The notes beneath the pieces were generated by a model. It was not told where the DNA came from. It saw only the letters and a program-made list of their open reading frames with translations, and made no database searches. From Clostridia bacterium (GTDB lineage: Bacteria; Bacillota; Clostridia; UMGS1883), in NCBI GenBank assembly GCA_051866635.1, contig JBJDXJ010000017.1, positions 1 through 15,688 of the forward strand: 15,688 nt of DNA, read 5' to 3'. Position numbers and translations under genes: made by a program. The first letter of the stretch is position 1. Every line of letters begins with the position of its first letter. Of this stretch, positions 15,588 to 15,688 are shown one piece after another.

Positions 15588-15688
15588 TTTGTATTACCCA
15601 CCCCTAAATATAAATTAACGTCTTATTATTTCCACCTCAATTGTAATCCGAAAATCCATACCTGCTTTTCGGACAATGTTAATTTTAA

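Noticed and set aside
14878-15618. 246-aa plus-strand ORF
   Set aside because: It is the antisense shadow of the conserved DUF2975 + HTH pair.
1-15688. CRISPR array, tRNA/rRNA, transposase, integrase or prophage genes
   Set aside because: No regularly spaced repeat-spacer pattern or recognisable sequence of these types was seen.

Overview
Low-GC Bacillota (Clostridia-like, by inference) chromosomal window. The left half (97-7348, minus strand) is a two-gene operon of secreted proteins with cellulosome-type parts but no recognisable enzyme. One is a ~1707-aa protein with four ~340-aa GLUG-repeat modules, two Ig-like (Big_2) domains and a C-terminal dockerin. The other is a 702-aa scaffoldin-like protein (cohesin-Ig-cohesin-dockerin-cohesin-unknown C-terminal domain). 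The operon has a perfect sigma-A promoter overlaid by three copies of AGCTNAAAGAGA and sits opposite a divergent XRE regulator. The middle holds a pyridoxamine/pyridoxal kinase, a GNAT acetyltransferase, an unannotated type I toxin-antitoxin-like locus (22-aa hydrophobic peptide plus convergent antisense RNA), a NiCo (czcD) riboswitch upstream of a CDF metal exporter, and a ~230-bp hairpin-dense non-coding element. The right part (minus strand) holds the rhaBAD rhamnose catabolism genes and a DUF2975 + YozG-type HTH pair. All calls come from reading motifs by eye; no searches were run.
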